Assembly (NCBI GenBank): GCA_000708835.1 | Contig: DF236965.1 | Location: forward strand, 62,001-126,000 | Source: Klebsormidium nitens | Taxonomy: Eukaryota > Plantae > Klebsormidiophyceae | DNA length: 64,000 nucleotides | Direction: 5' to 3' | In this document: one piece after another, positions 36,901 to 49,200 of the stretch | Numbering within the stretch: the stretch's first letter is position 1 | Layout: the number at the start of each line of letters is the position of its first letter | The notes under the pieces: generated by a model | What the model saw: only the letters and a program-made list of their open reading frames with translations | Told to the model about the DNA's origin: nothing | The model's database searches: none | Position numbers and translations under genes: made by a program

Positions 36901-38704
36901 TCGAGTGTGAGTTTATTAGTACCAGCATGATGCAGTATGATAAGATGCATCATAAACAGCTCAATCTACATGGCACCTTGATGCGTTAAATTCTTTGAGG
37001 GCGTCCTAAGGTTGCAGGCTTCCTTCGGCTGGATACTTGCCTTAGTCCGGCTCATTCCGATATGAATGAAGATGATGACTTCCTCAACGTGGGTCCCTCT
37101 ACTTTTCTGCAGTTTTCCATCTACGAAAAGATGCGAGGCATCCTCGAGTCGAGACGGGAGGTGAAGAAGCTCGCGTAAGTTCTCTTTGGTGTTTCGGAGC
37201 CCTACTGATCACTTCGTTTTGTACCACGAAAGGGGCTGGCAAACTTGCGCAGCAATTCAAATTATCAGGCCCTTCACTGATATTAGGGACATTTGTTTAA
37301 AAAGAGCAAGGGTGCAGAGCTACGAGACTGGGATTCTGGAATTGCGTAGGATTTAGTTTCCAGCTCATGTAGACACGAGGTTGTGACGATCTTATTTGCA
37401 ACCCTTCCACTTACTACGTTGAACAGATTTTCCGTTTGTCATTCAAATTGAGAATCTTTGCGTCGGTGAAGTGGACGTCTTTTGGCAGATTCCGTAATCT
37501 GATTATGCTGACTAGAGCGACTTAACCTGTGTTTGGTCCGCCTGTTTGAGCATGTCTTTTCCTGCTCGCAGAACTCACGAGCATCTGCTGCTAGGGGGAC
37601 TGGCCGGGGCCTGCGCAGCCACGTGTACAGCTCCAGTAAGTACCAACGAGATTGTTCCGAAGGGTCACTGTTGAACCATGGTCCGCCTCTACGTATTTTG
37701 ATGCATGATTGATGGCAGCTCTTTATCTCAAAACCTTGAACAACGGTTCCCCTTCGTCGGTTCGCCCTCCGTGGTCTGGAAACTGGAACAAAATGCTGTG
37801 GTGGCTCTCTCTTCTGGCACTTCCGCTGTGCTGCTTGAATCTTGACTCCGGCGCCGTGTTTATCCAGCTCAGGGTTTCGCACCGTTCCTCACCCTTCTTT
37901 CTGTCTGTTCCAGCTTGACTTGGTGAAGACGCGGCAGCAGTGCGGGATGGGCCTCAGCATCAGGGGAGCAATGATGAGCATCGTGGATGAGAACGGGGTT
38001 TTGGGGCTTTTCGCCGGTCTGGTAAGTTTTCCTCCGGCTTCTCTGTACTGCCTGTCCGTACGATCTTGGTTAGAATCAGGCGTTTGTCAAAGTCCTCTTA
38101 CATCAGGAAGGCTCTTCGTAGGCTGCGGTTGCACAAAGAGCCATAGGGACGTGCAAGCAGACACAGTCGAGTTGGGCTGCGGTCTTCGAGCACTGCGTGT
38201 TCCAGTCGAGTGGAAATCTGCTCTGAGGATCTCATAGCTCGGCTTAAGGCCTCATTTCAGGAAGACAATGAACGTCCTTGTTGCCATCTGTGCAGCCTCC
38301 TCGGGCAATCCACGTGACCGTGATGTCAGCAGCTTTCTTTGCGCTCTTCGAGGGTTGCAAACTGGTAAGCCCTGCTCCCCTCGACCACGCCGGATCGCAC
38401 GGTTGACTCTGCTATCTTCCTGCTTGTATATTGGCTGTCCATGGAATGTGTTCGCCAAGCAAGGCTTGTTGGTCGTGCAAGCTCAGAGAAGCACAAAGCT
38501 TAACGAAGACAAGCATATTTGCATGGTAGATTTCCGAGTGATCCTATACCGCACTTCTGCAAAGGAACGTACTGGCTAATTGTCGTCTCCTTCTCGCAGC
38601 TGCTAAAGCCCGACCGGCATCCGTCCGATAAGCTGGTCATCCCCAAGATCTGGAGGAAGCGGAGAGACAAGATCTGGAAGCGGCAATTTGTATATACGGA
38701 CTAG
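33966..38704 (+). CDS. Mitochondrial carrier family protein, S-adenosylmethionine-carrier-like, with a long N-terminal extension; start codon uncertain
   Basis: Three PX[DE]XX[KR] signatures across spliced exons (HPI|DTVKTR, VPFDTMKHR, AP|LDLVKTR), plus EGIRGLYAGFWPTLMRDIPE and PPRAIHVTVMSAAFFALFE. Stop TAG at 38702-38704. The first long exon lies in ORF 33837-34937, with a donor at ~34712. Confidence 0.82.
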
Positions 38705-39500
38705 CAGGTGAGCAGTCGCTCTGCTCCTCTAGTTCAATTGGTATCAAAGCACGGAGCAAAGCTCGTGTCTGGAATATAGCTTTCTTAGGACTTTGCTCAT
38801 ACCAGTATGGGGATTCACTGGCCGCCCTTGTGTGCAGCTTTGCTAACGGTGTCTTCCATTGTTTTTTGCAGCGGTCTCTCCGACCAAAGCTGGTTAGGTG
38901 GTAAGCATTTCTTGTCACAGCCCAGTTTGTGCTAAGGTGGGCGGCTGGTGATCCGGCTGAAGGGAAGGTTACTTGGTAGAGAGGTGTGCAATAGAAAAAA
39001 CGATAGAGGTGCGAGTCCGAATCATTGAAAGTCGCAGCCATTCAAAGTCGCAACCCAGAAACGGTAGCTTGACAAGTTTTGTAAGTATCTCAGGCTACTT
39101 CAAAGAGCTGGTCTGCACTCTTGAGAGGCTTCGTGGCTCTGAGCAGCGTGCCAGGGCTTTTAGCTAGATAAACACGATACAGGACTGCCGCTTTCTGATC
39201 GAGGTGAACTCCATGAGCCTCCCACCTTTACTAATACGCGCAAATTGGCAAGCACATCGGAGGTTTTGCCATTACGACCAAGACCCGTCCATAAACACCA
39301 ACTCACTCTGCGGCTGCAGCTGTTTGGCGCGCGTGAAGTATGCTTGCATCTCAATTGAATGAGAAATTTTCGTAGACGAGCCGTGTGCATGAAGAATACT
39401 ATGATAGCTGCAGTCTCAGCATATCTGGCCCGCACCGAGCTCTGCATTCAATGTTTTAGAATAAAAGAAGCGTGAAAGTCCTGAAGCGGCCGGGTCGGAC

Positions 39501-39665
39501 CATGCATGCATGCGGCCTCGCGCGCGATCAATTTATATGCAAGCTTGCATGTGCGTGGGAAAGTAAGTTACTATAGCGCCTGCGCGACGAGATGCAGGGC
39601 GCGCGCGGCGTATATATACATGTCTGTAGACATGGTGCACGTGTGCTTATGATCGAATGCACAAA
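39501..39665. other. Alternating purine-pyrimidine (CATGCA-rich) island with a G-box, between the convergent carrier and ASPM genes
   Basis: catgcatgcatgc, gcgcgcgc and gcgtatatatacatg tracts; CACGTG at 39638-39643; palindrome ggatgcatgcatcc nearby at 39901-39914. Confidence 0.5.
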
Positions 39666-40271
39666 CTTGAAAGAGCCATAGATCGAAAATGGATCGCAGT
39701 ATACGCACTGACCAGCGAAGTGAGCGAATGATTGCGATTGGGTGACGTTGCGGTACTGGTTGAGTCAGTCATGTATGCAATTTCACGTCACGCGGGGAGC
39801 TGCGCGTTGGTGCTTACAGGGCAACAGCTGCAATATGATGCTGAGATACGCAACTTCGTTGCTTTCATTGATTCAGCAGAATGCATCTCGTTGACATGCC
39901 GGATGCATGCATCCAATCTTAACCTGGCCCCACAGAGCCCTTCAGCCTCACTTTGACGCGGTACGAATGCGTGCGGCACATGGTTACCAGACTGTAATTC
40001 CGGTACGTCCTGCCCGCAAACACACACTCTGCACACAACGCATTCCTTGCAAAGAATGAGACGGTGCCAAGACTGCACCTGTGTGTTGTATACTGCCTAG
40101 TGAACGCACTGAATTCTCTGTACTCCTACAATGTGGGGTTATATTCAACTAGTCACGTCTTTCTATGCCGGGCCTAGAATTGCAGGGTCCGACTTCATTG
40201 CTTGCGTGACTGATCCGCAACGTGCCCTGCACCCCAGTAAGACTTGCATCACATCCCACGACGTCACAGCG

Positions 40272-43200
40272 TCAGTCCTGGTGCTTGAACTTGAGCTGCC
40301 TCACGTTGGTCATATCTCGGAACGGCGTTCTGCTCGCCAGCCCGTGGCCAGGCGTTCCGACGCTGATGAAAGCTTTCCGCTTAACAGGCGGATGCGGAGT
40401 GGCCGCGACAACGGAAGGCGGCCGAAGCCTCTGCAAGAGAACCATCAGGGAAGCAACCTGCACACAACAGGGGGCTAAAGTTGTCAGCGACCCGCACTCG
40501 CCTTTCGTTAGCGTTCGGAGGGTCTCAATTGGACTCCTTTTGCCGCACTCACTAAGCTGGTCAATCCTGTGGTCGACTCGTAAGGTTCTGTTGCATTTTC
40601 GGAGACCCCCATCTGATCCGGCTGTCACGATATGAAAGCGAAAGGGGATCCCTCCCAAGTCTCTGACTCCTCTTACGTTTACTTATCGTGCTCACTGGTT
40701 CAATAATTCAACCGAGGGTCCAGTGGGTCTGCCTCGGAACGCGTTTTATTTCCGTGTCCTCTCCTCAAGATCAACTGGTGAAGCACCAACATCAGGAATA
40801 CTGGACCGCCTATAACAGTTGGAAAGCACCGAGAGAACCGAAAGAGTCTCCCCACCTGTTTTGAGGACCCAGTTGGGCGGGGATCCAGTTGCACCTTCCG
40901 CGACAGAATAGACGCGATCGACTCCAAACGGAACACGATCTCAGGCATCGCACGGACAGTCTGCATCGCATCAAACAAGAAGTTTCACAAGGTGGTCGGT
41001 TGAAAAGAGAGCAGCTTGGGAAGGGGCTCGAGAAGCGCAGCAGGATGCGAACGTAGTCGAGATCTTTGAAGGCTTCTGGTATAATCGTGCACTTGAAAAC
41101 CTTGGTTTCTCAAACGACGAAGCCAAGACGAAGGGCATTTTGCATGAAGCTGGGAAACCTGAGCAAGCCCTGGCGAGAATCCTACGACTTTACTTGCTTC
41201 TCTAGGATTTCGGCGGGCTTTTTATCAAACTTGCCCACTTCAGCTTGGAGCCGAGAAATCTATCAAGATACGCAGTCTCACCTCTGCCCGCTCCGCGTCC
41301 CGGCAGATGAGGAGCAGCGTCTCCAGCGCGAGGTTGAAGACGTCTTCCTTGTCCCGGTACATTTGGAGCTGCAACAAGTTCAACAATTCAACGCGTGTCA
41401 AACATGGGTGCCCAGGCTCTGAACCCCTGAGGATAAAACCTTCAACACGAGCAAGCGCAAGAAGACACAGGCTTGGACTCAATTGCACCAGGTTAATGAA
41501 AGGTTCCGCTTGGAACGAGACTGAGCACCAAACTCCTCCCTAACACCGCAATGTGTCGCGCTCCGAAAATGATGATTAGGCAATGCTGACAAGTTCAAAA
41601 GAAACCGTCGCGCCAACCCCCGGGAGGTCTTACCTGCTCCACCAGAATGTTGACGCAGTCGGGGGCTTCGACCACGTAGCCTATCAGCGACCGGTGCTTG
41701 CAGAGGTTGCGGATGATGCTCAAGCCGTGCCTGCAAAGGATCGAAGACGTCAAGATCGAAGACACTAGCTATGAGACCTCTAAATGTCGTCGTACAACCA
41801 TGCAAAGTGAGGACGACAAAGCTCAGTTCAGAGCATGGATGTGAAATCTGGAATCCATAACAGAAACTTGCATCTGAGTCTGGTCAAGTGTTAGGATTCG
41901 ACCTCAACCGGAAATCGTCCTGCCCCTTTCCAGCTTGCAAGTGATTGAGTGCGCTACCTCGTTGTGCCAAAGCGTACGCTACAGCTCGTCCCGGTTAAAA
42001 GTGCTCAAGGCAAGCGCGGAGACCACGCAAAGTCTGCAACGGGCCCTCGCATCCCCCTACAACGTACATGAAGCCGTATCGCACCGAAAGTGCAGTCAGT
42101 ATGTTTCACCTGAGCAGCTGCAGGTGCGGTGTGCTCCGGTTGCAGGATTGGATGAAGCGCAGCAGCGTGGGCACCGCCGAGTTGGCCGCAATGCGCTCGC
42201 AGCACACCGGGGACAAGCGGGTCGACATGTCTGGACGCAAACAGAGGAAGAGTGGGTCAGGCACCGTTTCCGGGAAGAGAAAGCATATCACTACCAGACG
42301 GGGAAACTGATTTGTGAGAGTGTCAGGCTGCGCGGCAGCAATCAGGCGACACTCTATGATGTTTGTTGCTGGAGAGATAAGAGCTGTAGGAAGGGAGGCT
42401 CTATAACGCTGACCACACACGTTGCAAGGCATTCGAGAGCAGTTCTTGATGAACAAAATGACGTATGTTAAGAACCGAAGATGAGTGGGCTCCGGGGTTG
42501 GATGCACGTCCTTGGTCTCCTCTGCTGAAGCCTCAACAAGGTATGCCGACGACGCCTTCAGGATGAGCGGAACGGTCAAAGTAGCGACTCGTTGAGCTCA
42601 CCTATCGCGGCGCATGCGTGCAGCGCGTGCGAGACTTGTTTGGACGCGAGCAGCACGCGCAGTGCGGCGGTGGTGCGGCTGCCCAGCGTCATGGGCTCCT
42701 CCAGCCGGGCCGTGGCGCGCGCGATGCGCTGCCGGGCCGCGCGCTCGCGCTTGCTGGTCGCGCGACGGACCACGTGACCCCGCCAGAGAGCCTGCGTGGA
42801 GGGGACAGTTTGAACATTGCAAATCTGAGGGGAAAAATCTATTTCGATCCGAGAGTGAAGACCAAGACACTGAGGTTAGATGAAAACCCGAAGCAGATAT
42901 GAGGGACCCACAATATGTTAGTACGATGCAAAAACCTGCTTTAGGACTGCACACTTGAAAGCCTTCACAGAGTCTTTCAAATTGCTTACAAACATGCGTT
43001 TTCACGAGGGTCAAAGCTCCTTTAGACACCACCATACCGTACCAATTCGGAATGCCGGAGAATTTGACGGTGAAACATACGCACACTTGACACTTCCTGG
43101 AACGATCTCAAACGGTTTGCCGCATTTCAATCTCTGTTTCAGCCGTCCCCTCACCTGCAGACGGAGAACCGCCGCTCGCAGCCTGACAAACCGCGCGCGC

Positions 43201-46200
43201 ACCAAGGCCGCCCTGACCGCCCTCTGTATCACCACCGCGGCCGCCAGCCGCCGCTCTCTCCACTCACGTGTCGCCACGTGTCTCCGCCACGCCCGCTGCA
43301 CCTTGATCGCGGCCCGGCCCGCTGTCGTCATCGCGGCGTCGCGCGCGAGCTGTCGTCGCGTCAGCACCCCGCGCCACCGTGCTTGCAGCCGGATCACTGC
43401 ACACCGCACCTTCGCCCAGTCCCTGCACGCCCGTCTCGTCTTCCAAGCGGATTGGATAACCACCGCCGCGGCTCGTAACAACAGGTAACGCTGACGTACC
43501 ACGTGACGTCGCCAGGTGGTTTGGATGCACATCGCTGCGGTTCGCTCGGCCCGAAGCCGGGAAAGCGCCTTCTGGGCGACCTTTCTGCGCCACAGGCTCT
43601 GCACCACGACTGCCCGACTGTGCGGACGCCTCAACTCCCGCCGCGCGCTCACCCCCCGATAAACCGCTTGAACTCTGATCACCGCTCCCCGCAGCCGAAG
43701 CCAGTTCTTCCTCCCGCGGCCGCCCTTCCACGTGCTCGAAAGCAGAGTCGCGGCTGCATGCCACGCGCGGACTTGCGCGCGCGCGGTCGCCCCTCGCCAG
43801 AGCGCCTGGATTTTGCGCGCCGCCCGCTCGCGCGCAGCCAGCCGCCGGGCTTCCCTGCCCCGCCAAGCGGCCTGAACCGCGATCGCCGCGCTCTTGAGCC
43901 GCTCGTACTCCAAGACCGCTTGGCGCATGCGCACTTGCGCCTGAACCGTAACCACCGCAGCTTTCATTTTCAGGAACGCACGCCTTTGAAGGCAGCCCCT
44001 GAAGCGGGCTTGGATCCTCGTCGCGGCCGCGCAGCGCTTCGACTGCCACACCCGCACGCTCCGCCCCTTCCAGCACGCCTGCACGCTGATCGCCGCTCCC
44101 TTCAAGCGTACAAACCGCGCGCGAGCGAGCGCCCGCCGCGCGCGCGCCTGGCACGTAACAACTGCCCGGGTGAGCTCCCGGTACCGCCGCCTCTCACGCG
44201 CTCCCCGCACGTGCCTCTGGATGCACGTGGCCGCCTCGTGCCAGGCCTGCACCGTCCTGCGAACCCGGAAACCGCGCCACGTGGCTTGAACAACGACGGC
44301 GGCGCGCAAGCGGCGCGCGAGAGCGCGCGCGCACCGGCCCCTCCAGAGGCTTTGAAAAACGACGGTCGCGGCTCGGAGCCGCAAAAAGGACCGTCGCGCC
44401 TGTCGGCTGCGGATGGTTGCTTGCAAGAGCACGATGCGCTGTTTGGCTACCACGAAACTAATCCGCGCAAACCCGCCCCGGACTCTGCTCTGAATGATTA
44501 CAGCCGCACGGATCTGCAAGGCAAGCTCCCGACGGGCCCTGTAGCCCCTCCAGAGGGCCTGGATTGCCCGTGCTCCCTGGTGGGCTCGGGCGACGCTCCG
44601 CCGGACAAGGCCTCCCCGCCTGGTTGCCTGGCAGCACAGGACCGCTTCGGAAAGCGCTACGAACGCCTTCCGCGCGAGGACCATCCGGGTCTGAGCCTGC
44701 AGCCGAACCACCGCTCTCCGAACCTCCTTGAACCGCGTCTTCTGAGCGTACCCCCTAAAGCAGCTCTGGATCGCCACCGCTGCGCTCCTCTTCCCCAAAT
44801 AGCGCGCGCGCGCTTGCGCGCCTCTCCATACTGCCTGGCACACCACTGCCGCGCACCGCAGCTGTCGGAGCCTATTCACAGCCGACCACCTCCTGACGGC
44901 GGCCTGAATCAGAACCGCGCTGCGCACCAGACGCCGGAACCGCTGCCGGTGTGAATAACCCCGCCAGTGGCTCTGGATCGACGCCGCCGCTTTGTGCGCG
45001 CCAGCTAGCGCGCCCCTTGCCACGTGGCCCCTGAACAGGGCCTGGATCCGGACGCCGACTTGCGCTGCTTTGCGTGCAGCGCCTTGCGGACAGCCCAGCC
45101 CCTCACGGACGCTTGGACCAGGGTCACGCTTCGGACGGCTGCCCTGAAGCGCTGGCGCTGTGCGTACACCCGCCAGTGCAGCTGGATCAGCCACGCCGCA
45201 ATGTGCGCGCGCGCGAGGGCGAGCCGGGCCACGTGTCCCCTGAACGCCGCCTGAATCCGCACCGCCGCGGCGTCCCGCCTTTGTATTTCTCTCCGCACGG
45301 CCCACCGCCGTACGGACGCCTGGACGAGAGTCACCTTTCGGACGGCCTGCTGGAACCGCCGCACCTCAAGACGCCTCCGCCACCGCCTCTGGATCTCCAG
45401 GGCTGCCCGCCGCGCTCTGCTAACGTCACTCCGGACCACGTGGCCCCGGAACGCCGCCTGGATCGTCAGCGTCGCATGCTTGGTCTGTTTCCAGGCGCGG
45501 ACGGCGAGGCCCCGCCGGACGGCCGCTTGAATGGCGACCACTTTGGACACCGCAAGTTGGAACTCCCGCACTTGAACGTGACCCCGCCACCGGCTTTGAA
45601 TCACCACAGCCGCCGCCCGCATCTTTTGGACTTTTTCCCGGACCACCCTTCCTCTCCAGACTGCTTGTATGCACCTTGCCGCACCCCCCTGGACCGCTAA
45701 CTTCCGCCGTGCTGCCCTGCCCCGCCACTGAGCCTGGAAACGGAGCGCCGCACACCGGACGCTAACAAACGCCGCACGCGCGACGTGGGCCCGCCATGTG
45801 GCCTGCAGCCGGCGGATGCCTGCCACGTGGCTCGCGAAGGCCCGCCGCTGGGAGTAGCTCCGCCAGCCCGCCTGGATCCGCACTGCGGCGGCGGTCGCCC
45901 TCCGCTTTTCCTTTCGGACCCGGGCGCCCCTCCACGCTGCCTGAATCCGCACTATGCACTTCCTGGTGCGGAGGAACCGGGTTCTCTCTCGGCGACCTCG
46001 GAGAATCGCTTGCAATGTAACGCAGCTCCTCCTCACTCGGAGGAACGTCGCTTGAGCAGCAAACCGGCGCCACTCCCGCTGTATCCCGACCGCGGCCCTC
46101 TCCATACGCGCCACGTGTCGCCTCGTGCACGCCCCTCTCCAACCCGCCTGGATCCGAACCACCGAAGCTACGGCTCTCGAGTACTGCCGCTTGGCGACAC

Positions 46201-49200
46201 ACCCACGCCAGCGCGCTTGCACGGCCGTCGCCGCAAAATGCATCCTTCGAACGATTCCCCTCTGCTTTGCCCCTCGGAACGCAGCCTGGATGAGCACAGC
46301 TGGACCCGTCATTTTCCTTTCGTACACCCGTCGGCGCAGCAGAAGCGCGCGTTCGAGGCCGCGCTGGAGGACACTGGGCAGCACGTGGATCTCCGCAAAG
46401 CGGCGGCGGGCCGCCCACGCGCGGACTGACCGTTGGATGGTGAGGGTCGCAATTTTGAGGGCGGAGAAGGAGCGGCGGGCGAGGAGGCCGCGCCAATGGG
46501 CTTGGAGCCGGGAAGCGGCGGAGGCTGCAGAGAGAAAGAACGAGAAGTGATTCGTAAGGGTATGTACAAGCGGTAGTGCATTGACGAGCATAGTGAGAAG
46601 AAGTACAGCATCGTTCATGCAGTCTGCCTTCTGTTGGGCAGTCCACTACTTTGAAGGCAATTCTGTACTTTTAGTGTTCGGCTCTCTACAACCATCATAC
46701 GTGGCAAGAATGACTCCGTTTTGGTTGAAATCTCGTGCCTTCATTCTAGGTATGCCACGAGTGCAGGTAAGAAAGACTTGATGATGAAGATGCCGTACAG
46801 AAGTTGCACCAAAAGTCCGTTTGACTTGCAGGAATTACCTGCAACCGTTTGAATCTGAGCTTCCTTCGACACGAGGCGGAGTCGCAACAGCCCTCGAGGA
46901 TCGTCAGAATTCGGCCGTAGTATGTAAGACGAGAAGGTAAAAGAGTCAGCTGACCTTTCATATGCAGTTGTGCCCGTGCTTTGCAGCCTCTGAAGGCGGC
47001 TTGGATGCGCCTGGCGGCCGCGATCCAGCGTCGCAGGCAGAGGCCCCGGTGGTGGCGCCGCCAGGCTCGCTGCAGCTGCGTGGCAGCCTGCATCATACGA
47101 AAAACAAGGCCTCAGCTCGCTGGATAGAGGACGAGCAACCTTATACTCAGCGGTGAACGAGCCTTACAAACCCGTTATAGGGACGGAAGACTGTGAGACA
47201 TCAATACTACACCAAGAAGTACCACTTGAAGGAGCTTTTTGGGGATCCACCCCGTTTTCAGCAACATCATCGACTCTGGCGCCAAATGCAGGAAGAAAGG
47301 CACGCGACAAAAGTAGGACCAGCCGTCAAATCATGCTACCGGTCGCCTTATCCTTTCCCTTCCAATTTTCCTCTCAAGTGTGATTTCAAAGCGAGTCAAA
47401 AAACCCAATAGTTGGAAGGAGGACACGGATAGCGCGACGTGGATTTCTTTACTGGAAAAGTAAGAACCCGGCCCACTTTTTATAAGTCTCTCTGACGGGC
47501 AACCGGTGATTGCCGCTCACCTTAGCCTCCGTCTTGATGTCGAGGAGGCGCGAGCAGAGGAAGGCCACGTAGGTGATGACGATGCGCTCGTTGGGCGCCA
47601 GGTTGCCGTCCGTCATGTCGCTGTGCTCCAATACCTGAATAAAAGCAGCGCCGCGCGTATATCTCAATTGGTTCCCAGTGTTCCAGCACCCAAGATAGCC
47701 TTACGATCGAGCGAGACTGTTAGAGACCCTAAAAGACATGAAGCGGCCTTGTTGAAAAAGTATGAGGAAGAGTTCGTCGTACCTTCGCTTCGTCCGCTAC
47801 CGGCATACCTTTTCTGATTGAGCTCAAACCTTTGAGAGCCTCGATTGGTAGGTATTAGTGAGGCTCAAGGACCTCGTTGGGTTTGCAACGCAGTCAATCC
47901 TGACTTTGACCCCCTCTCAGTATGCACCCTAAATCGGCCTCTGCGCGCTCGCTGAAGAAACCACAACCATGGAAGCTTTCAAGTCTCGCTGAAGAGTCGG
48001 AACTCACCTGCGGCACCCCCCCTAGCTGCGCAACCGCGGCGTGCAGCAGGGCAAAGTTGCGCCTGGCTGCCACGGTCTTGGCGGCCTGCACCGCCGCGCA
48101 CTCGTCATCCCCCGGGCCCGCAGAAAAGCTGGCGCTCCATCCGCTGGCGGACTCGTCCGTCGGTGCCTGAGAAAGTTTTGAACAACAGAGCATGTCAGTG
48201 TCAAGAGAAAGAAGCGAGCAAAGCTATGCAGAGAGAAAGGGAATATGCATTTGAGAAGTTCAAGGATAGATGACTTATCCAAATGGACTCGATCTTCTCA
48301 ATCTTCGAGAAAATTGAGTCACTGATGCAATGAAAAGTAAGAATGGTTCTCAGAGCAGAATACGGTACTTCTTTGAGCATTCGGCGCTCGAGCTTCTCCC
48401 AAGCGGACACTGTGGATCAGCGCAGTCTTTCCAAATCCAATCTCGTGAAATACCACCCCGACCACGATGCTCGAACTCTCGGAAAAAACGGTCTTAAGAA
48501 CCGTATGAATAAGCCCTTACCTCTTCTGGTGGGAGCAGCACAGTTTCGGGCGGCGCAAAGATGCCGTCTGGCGGCAGCAGCGCCGGCAGGTAGTGGCTCA
48601 CGAGCAGGCACAGCGCGCGCCCGTCCGCAAAGGACGTCGTGAAGTTGCGGACGGGGACACCGGACCCGCTGCACACCGCCTGCGGACACAGCTTCTTGTT
48701 TGATGGTTGGAGAAGATGGTTGAGAAAGGGCACTGCTCGAGCACCGAAAGCCGGAAACTCGACGACAGACGATGTGTATTAGTGAAGGGGGCTTGCCCGA
48801 AGAGTGGAGAAAGTCTAGCTTTATCCTTTTTTAGGGGTACAGAAAGTAAAGGATAATCTTTGGTGGCAAAGTTGGCACTGCTTTGAAATCGAAGCTGTTG
48901 AGATCCTGGGAGTCCCTGTTTACCTGCGCCCACTGTAACAATAGATCGAGGTGGGTACTGGCCATGTACATGCTGGCGCCCTCGTCGAGGCTGGCAGCCG
49001 GACCCTGCAAGCGTCACAGAATCCTGGTTAGGCGTGAAATAGGACAGTGATTATAAAATGATCTGTCTTATAGCCAACGGAAAGGCAGACTGATCGCCAG
49101 AGAAGGCGCAAAAGAGGTGTTTAGTGAACCTCGGAGTAACCAAACCTAAACAGTGCCACCCAAAGCTAACTTAGGAACGAGCTGGTACTCAATGACCGAG

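Noticed and set aside
43264-46646. Long antisense and alternative-frame ORFs over the IQ array (e.g. 43503-44954 +, 483 aa)
   Set aside because: They are by-products of GC-rich Arg/Ala repetitive coding sequence.
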